This document shows, one piece after another, positions 59,192-64,000 of a stretch of 64,000 nt of DNA. Source of the DNA: Candidatus Bathyarchaeota archaeon (GTDB lineage Archaea > Thermoproteota > Bathyarchaeia > 40CM-2-53-6); assembly GCA_963733055.1 (NCBI GenBank), contig CAVTBR010000001.1:480001-544000 (forward strand), given 5' to 3'. The translations under genes were made by a program, and so were the position numbers. Under the pieces are notes generated by a model. The model was given only the letters and a program-made list of their open reading frames with translations. It searched no databases and was not told the origin of the DNA. Position 1 is the first letter of the stretch, and every line of letters starts with the position of its first letter.

Positions 59192-59890
59192 TTAGGTCTC
59201 GGTCGGGCTCAGGCGTAGGTAAGTTCCAACCGATTGCAGCACCTTGTTCTCGGCCTTGCGAAGATGGTCAACGTAACTAGTTCGAGGAACGCCGAGCTTC
59301 CCGGCGATATCTCCCGCGGTCGCCCTTCTAGGCATATGGTAGTAACCGTTGTCAAGCGCCGATATCAGGGCCCGCCGCTGTTTCCCTGTCAAGCTACCGA
59401 ACAGCGTTCCAGTGGAGACAAGGAAGGTGTCACGAATCGATTCGTCAGAGATCGTTCTCCGAGAGGTTACCTCAACCTTGCAGTTCCGGTCTAAATCCTT
59501 GAAGAGGTTCTTGAGGTCCCTCGCGGAAAACGCTATCACACGATACCACTCCCAACCCTCCGTGTAGACCGCTGGCTGTAATTCGAGGCAATTCCGACCT
59601 TCTATCATGGGCAACGTTGGTGGCGGTATCTTATCACACGCGCAATGCTGCAGCACGACCTGTAAACTCGAACTTGCGTATGATCTGCGAATGATCCTTG
59701 TCCCCAACGCCCTCGTCAACTCATGAATACCCCTCTGAATCCTTTGATCGCGCAAATCTCTGTGAGCAATCTCCAGAACGTCCCTACTCCAATTACACCA
59801 ATGAGAAATGACAACGGCAGGGTGGGTCTTGGAGAAAGCGTTGTACGGGCATTCATGCTGAAGTTTGAACGAGACTTCGAAGTGAGGCAT
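59192..59890 (-). CDS. Bat-type (HTH_10) transcriptional regulator
   Basis: LTGKQRRALISALDNGYYHMPRRAT..IAGKLGV..DHLRKAENK; start MPHF at 59890. Confidence 0.88.
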   Translation of the reverse strand: MPHFEVSFKLQHECPYNAFSKTHPAVVISHWCNWSRDVLEIAHRDLRDQRIQRGIHELTRALGTRIIRRSYASSSLQVVLQHCACDKIPPPTLPMIEGRNCLELQPAVYTEGWEWYRVIAFSARDLKNLFKDLDRNCKVEVTSRRTISDESIRDTFLVSTGTLFGSLTGKQRRALISALDNGYYHMPRRATAGDIAGKLGVPRTSYVDHLRKAENKVLQSVGTYLRLSPTET

Positions 59891-59999
59891 AGTCAATCTG
59901 AGAGCTAACTCGATTAAATGCGTATAGCCGTAGAGTGACGGCACCATCAATATACCGTACAAAAGATGGGATGGGTTAGTCGTTGGAGCATTAAAGCCA

Positions 60000-60536
60000 A
60001 TGATCACCCGACCAAACGACGAACCAAACCAGAAATCAGTGATCAAAGGTCTGGGAGCCGCAGGTCCTAACCCCGAAATGAAGGAGAAGCTGATGCTTTT
60101 CGGCCAGTTTGTGGGAGACTGGGACATCATAGAAGCCCGCTACCCGCAACCGGACGGAACTGAGACGAAACAAACGGGAGAGATACACTTCGGATGGATT
60201 CTTGACGGCAGAGCAATACAAGACGTTTGGATGACACACAAAGAAAATCCTCCCCGAGCCGTACCTGCAGGGACAACCATCCGGTTCTATGACCCAAAGA
60301 TCGACGCTTGGCACAGCATTTGGATCTCTCCCAAGAATGGAGTCATACAAAGCTTCGTGGCACGAAGAGTTGGGGATGAAATCGTACTGAAAGGTCAGAC
60401 TAAGGTAGGTCATCCGGAGCACTGGATTTTCTCTGAAATCTCATCTAACTCGTTCCGCTGGCGCGCAGTCGAATCCCTCGACAACGAGAAGACATGGCAG
60501 CTCACCGAAACGATGCTGGTCCATCGGAAACTTTGA
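60000..60536 (+). CDS. DUF1579-like beta-barrel protein, copy 2
   Basis: GQFVGDWD, FGWILDGRAIQDVW, GTTIRFYDP; paralogue of 46665-47228. Confidence 0.72.
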   Translation: MITRPNDEPNQKSVIKGLGAAGPNPEMKEKLMLFGQFVGDWDIIEARYPQPDGTETKQTGEIHFGWILDGRAIQDVWMTHKENPPRAVPAGTTIRFYDPKIDAWHSIWISPKNGVIQSFVARRVGDEIVLKGQTKVGHPEHWIFSEISSNSFRWRAVESLDNEKTWQLTETMLVHRKL

Positions 60537-60763
60537 AGCGTGTGGGCACAAGAATTGGAAGGTATTTGCCCGAGCGTACGTTAGCTAAACTCGGATCCAG
60601 TTGGTATGAACTGTGTCCCATTTCGTTCCCAACTGCCGAGCCTGTGCGGAATCATGAGCAGAAGCCGCCCCCTCAGGACGGGCAAAAATCAGGGTAACGG
60701 ATAAAGTGGCGGACACCAAGAGAGTTAAGCGTCCGTGTTTACCGTTACGGCACCGTATCCGTT

Positions 60764-61063
60764 ATGAAGACAACGGTGTTGCTCAGGGAAGACCTCTACG
60801 AGATTTTGAAGAAGAAATATGGACCCAGAGGCATATCCGAGGCTATCAACGCAATTCTTGCCGAAGCGCTTTTGAAGCGAGAGGGAATGTTCGGCACAAT
60901 GAGAAAGACTCCGCTGAAGGATATTCGCGACCACAGGAACCGCCTACCTTCGAGAAAGAGTTCGAGAAGAATCATCAGTCGTCTGAGGGAGCGACAGAAA
61001 TCTCCGATTCGAAGCACAATTCAAGACGATCTGCAGTTGATAAGAGCGGATCGCGACCGTTGA
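60764..61063 (+). CDS. VapB/CopG-like antitoxin with aberrant C-terminal extension
   Basis: MKTTVLLREDLYEIL..RGISEAIN..MFG..DIRDH; no intact toxin downstream. Confidence 0.55.
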   Translation: MKTTVLLREDLYEILKKKYGPRGISEAINAILAEALLKREGMFGTMRKTPLKDIRDHRNRLPSRKSSRRIISRLRERQKSPIRSTIQDDLQLIRADRDR

Positions 61064-61152
61064 AAGTGGCTATCTCACCGAGGGAATTATCAGGGACGCT
61101 ATGCTCGAAAACGAGAGCTTTGTGTCATCGGATCTTGTTTGGTACGATGTTG

Positions 61153-62559
61153 TCATTGGACTAGTTTTGGGACTTCTATGTGGGTTGGTTCGTAGTCTTG
61201 GAGTTTGCCGGCTAGGAATGCGTCGTATGCTTGAAGGTCCAGTAGGCCGTGCCCGCAATTGTTGAACGCTATAACTTTCTTCTCTCCGGACTTCTTGCAG
61301 CGTAGGGCTTCATCGATCACGTATTTCACGATGTGCGCCGTTTCGGGCGCGGTTATCATGCCCTCAGTCCGTGCTAGGGTTTGTGCTGCTTCGAAGACTT
61401 CGGTCTGTGAGTACGCGATGGAAGTCATGTAACCCTTGTTGATCAGGTAACAGAGGGATGGTGCTTTCCCGTGGTAACGTAGTCCGCCCGCGTGGATGGG
61501 AGGCGGTTGATACTTGTGCCCAACAGTGTACATTTTGAGTAATGGCGTCATCTCAGCGGTGTCACCATAATCATACGTGTAGGCCCCACGCGTGGTTGAT
61601 GGGACGGCTTTCGGTTCACAGGCTACATACTCAGTCTCGGACTTTCCCTTCAGCTTGTCCGCCATGAATGGGTAAGCAAAGCCGGCGAAATTCGAGCCCC
61701 CGCCGATGCAACCGCCGATTATATCGGGCGTAACATCGATCATTTCGAACTGCTTCTTCGCCTCCTGTCCAATAATCGTCTGATGAAGTAGAACGTGGTT
61801 GAGGACTGAGCCAAGGCAATATTTGGTATCCTCATGACTGACGCAGTCTTCGATGGCTTCGCTAATGGCTATGCCCAACGATCCCGTGTTGTTCGGATCA
61901 GTTTCGAGGAGGGTTTCCCCATATTTTGTGTTCTTGCTAGGCGATGCAACCACATCAGCGCCGAAGGTTTCCATAATCGTCCTCCTGCCCGGTTTCTGGT
62001 CGTAGCTAGCGCGAACCATGTAGACGCTACATTTCAATCCGAAAATCGCCGAAGCCATGGCTAAGGCGGAACCCCACTGTCCCGCGCCCGTTTCCGTTAC
62101 GAGCCGTTTCGCGCCCTCGACCATGTTGTAGTATGCTTGGGCTATCGCGGTGTTGGGCTTATGGCTACCAGTAGGGTTGACGTACTCACATTTGTAGTAA
62201 ATTTGGGCCGGTGTGTTGAGAAACCTCTCAAGCCTCCTCGCTCGAAGCAACGGCGTGGGACGAGGGAGACGAAGGTACGCATCGTAGACTTCGTCGGGAA
62301 TCTTGATGAAACGCTCTGAAGACACTTCCTGCATTACGACCTCTTTCGCGAAAAGTCGCAGCAACGGCTCGGGCGACATGGGCTTGAGGGTTCGCGGGTC
62401 AAGAGGTGGCGGGAGTTGCTCGGGAAGATCGGCGAGAATGTTGTACCAGTGCGTCGGCATTTCGTCTTGGGGGAGGTAGACTGCGTGTTCCTTATCGATC
62501 GGACCTGGCTTGCTCATGGGTGCACTATCCTGTTGGGTAGTGTCCATTTGAAGCTCCAT
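61153..62559 (-). CDS. trpB2: TrpB2 (tryptophan synthase beta-like PLP enzyme)
   Basis: WYNILADL, GSHKPNTA, TETGAGQWG, GGGSNF, IHAGGLRYHG. Confidence 0.93.
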   Translation of the reverse strand: MELQMDTTQQDSAPMSKPGPIDKEHAVYLPQDEMPTHWYNILADLPEQLPPPLDPRTLKPMSPEPLLRLFAKEVVMQEVSSERFIKIPDEVYDAYLRLPRPTPLLRARRLERFLNTPAQIYYKCEYVNPTGSHKPNTAIAQAYYNMVEGAKRLVTETGAGQWGSALAMASAIFGLKCSVYMVRASYDQKPGRRTIMETFGADVVASPSKNTKYGETLLETDPNNTGSLGIAISEAIEDCVSHEDTKYCLGSVLNHVLLHQTIIGQEAKKQFEMIDVTPDIIGGCIGGGSNFAGFAYPFMADKLKGKSETEYVACEPKAVPSTTRGAYTYDYGDTAEMTPLLKMYTVGHKYQPPPIHAGGLRYHGKAPSLCYLINKGYMTSIAYSQTEVFEAAQTLARTEGMITAPETAHIVKYVIDEALRCKKSGEKKVIAFNNCGHGLLDLQAYDAFLAGKLQDYEPTHIEVPKLVQ

Positions 62560-62652
62560 AGCTACAGTTAAGACTTTGTTGCACAGATATGTACGTCAGA
62601 AGACTGTAGCACAGTTCTTTGCATGAATGCGTACTCGTAGGTCAGGCTACAA

Positions 62653-63157
62653 ATGTGGAGGCATATCTCAGACCGGCTCAAAGAATATCCCGGGCGGCAG
62701 AAGGTCGCACGAGTACTCGTGGAGTCCGGGTTAGCCATCAGGGAAGGCAACAAAATATACTGTGGAGGCATCGAACTCTCGGACGTCAAGATTGCTCGAT
62801 ACCTAGACGTAGATCGAAGAACCGTAAGGGACACAGCACAACTCATTACCTCAGACCCGGAACTCAAATCTGTTTTTGAAAGGCTCAAACCGGCCGGTCC
62901 GTTCCTAGCCGACATCGCGAAGTTCCTCGGCTACAGTGTGATCGAAATTTACCGCGGATCCTCACACAGTCGGCATCGTGGCGCAGGCCGCGGCTTTAGT
63001 TGCCCAAGAGAACATCGCCATAAGACAAGCAGTCGCCGACGACCCCGACCTCACGCCTGAACCCAAGCTTACACTAGTCGTTGAGAAACAGCCCAGTGGG
63101 ACAACGTTACAGAAACTGCTGAAGATTCCTGGCGTGATCAAGATTTCAACGTACTAG
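62653..63157 (+). CDS. HTH-ACT regulator of amino-acid metabolism (frameshift near 62952)
   Basis: KIARYLDVDRRTV; second frame gives ADPHTVGIVAQAA..NIAIRQAVADDPDL..PKLTLV to TAG at 63157. Confidence 0.8.
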
Positions 63158-63656
63158 ACGGCTTTCCGAACCTCTCGTAATGAACTATTTCGTTCAAAGG
63201 TTTACGAGTCTTCTTACGCTTCGTGTTTGCTTCGACGGGGTAGCCAAACGGCATAACGGTAACCAGCTTCATCATCTGAGGAGCACTGAGTAGGTCTTTC
63301 ACGCCGTCCTCATAGAAGTTCGTGACCCAACATGAACCGATTCCCATATCCCACGCCGCGAGCACCATATTCTGAACGGCACGCGCTCCATCAATCTCAG
63401 GAAGTTTTGCAGCATCCATCAGGATAGCGATTGCAAGCGGTGCCCTAGCGATGTGTGCTCCGGTAGGTGTCAGTTCAGAGATTTTCTTGAGCGTCGTTTG
63501 GTCCCTGATTACTATGAAGTGCCACGGTTGAGAGTTCTTCGAACTCGGCGCCAGTCGACCAGCTTCTAGAATCTGCTGGAGGCTTTCGTCGGGGATTGGT
63601 TCGTCGAGGTAGTCTCGGATTTCGCGACGGGTCCTGATGCAGGTGAAAGTGTCCAT
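63138..63656 (-). CDS. Nitroreductase family protein
   Basis: RREIRDY, APSSKNSQPWHF, QNMVLAA..GIGSCW, RKPL. Confidence 0.92.
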   Translation of the reverse strand: MDTFTCIRTRREIRDYLDEPIPDESLQQILEAGRLAPSSKNSQPWHFIVIRDQTTLKKISELTPTGAHIARAPLAIAILMDAAKLPEIDGARAVQNMVLAAWDMGIGSCWVTNFYEDGVKDLLSAPQMMKLVTVMPFGYPVEANTKRKKTRKPLNEIVHYERFGKPSSTLKS

Positions 63657-63673
63657 TGGGATCCTGCGATGGG

Positions 63674-64000
63674 TTAGGTTGCCTTCTGTGAATTCTTTTC
63701 GATGATTTGCCACAGTTCCTCTTCGATCGTACCGGCGTGCTGTGGTCTTTCGACGAACCGGCCAATTTCTCGCCATGCCCGGTCATGAACTATCACAGTA
63801 GGGATTCGTAGAACTCTCATTTCATCCGCAATATCCCGGTTCTCATCAAAATCTATCACTTTAATGTTCAATGCGGCGTTGTTCGCCGCCATGAAGACTT
63901 TAGCCAAATCGGGTAGTTGTGCTCTACATTCGACGTTCCATTCTGTGGCGAAAACAACAAAGAAGAATCGATCTGTTAGGCTTGAGAACTTCCCAATTAC
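63674..64000 (-). CDS. Thioredoxin-fold protein (5'-truncated by window edge)
   Basis: RIPTVIV..EIGRFVERP; upstream WNVECRAQLP in frame. Confidence 0.65.
   Translation of the reverse strand, partial: VIGKFSSLTDRFFFVVFATEWNVECRAQLPDLAKVFMAANNAALNIKVIDFDENRDIADEMRVLRIPTVIVHDRAWREIGRFVERPQHAGTIEEELWQIIEKNSQKAT

Noticed and set aside
59891-60130. N-terminal extension of the Bat-type regulator
   Set aside because: It overlaps the divergent 60000-60536 gene; the MPHF start at 59890 is more plausible.
313-63786. Many short antisense or alternative-frame ORFs in the six-frame track
   Set aside because: They are shadows of well-supported genes and have no independent motifs.

Overview
Archaeal chromosomal window, most consistent with Bathyarchaeia. 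That placement is an inference from F420-type LLM oxidoreductases, SAMP/MoaD ubiquitin-like proteins, TrpB2, a Bat-type HTH regulator, RAD55/KaiC-like proteins, a split class I fumarase and PEF-CTERM-like tails. The left half is mostly metabolic and housekeeping: adenine deaminase, a doubled xanthine-dehydrogenase-family operon with two SAMPs and XdhC, BlaI/M56, NfeD-stomatin, Nth, CBS, DinB and CoaBC. The most striking signal lies at about 37-59 kb. A ~28-32 nt imperfect palindrome (consensus about TGTGTGTGGATC[T]AATGGTGCGCACACAC) occurs in about 17 full or partial intergenic copies. From 51.1 to 59.2 kb a full or half copy sits in essentially every intergenic gap regardless of gene orientation, so single accessory genes look like cassettes. 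A second motif (AAATTTGAACCGTC-like) often flanks the palindrome. A decayed VOC gene was duplicated together with its repeat. Four KaiC/RAD55-like paralogues lacking the Walker A motif lie among the repeats. No recombinase, transposase, CRISPR array or RNA gene was recognised. Three single-base frameshifts look like sequencing errors. All family assignments come from motif recognition by eye, not database searches.
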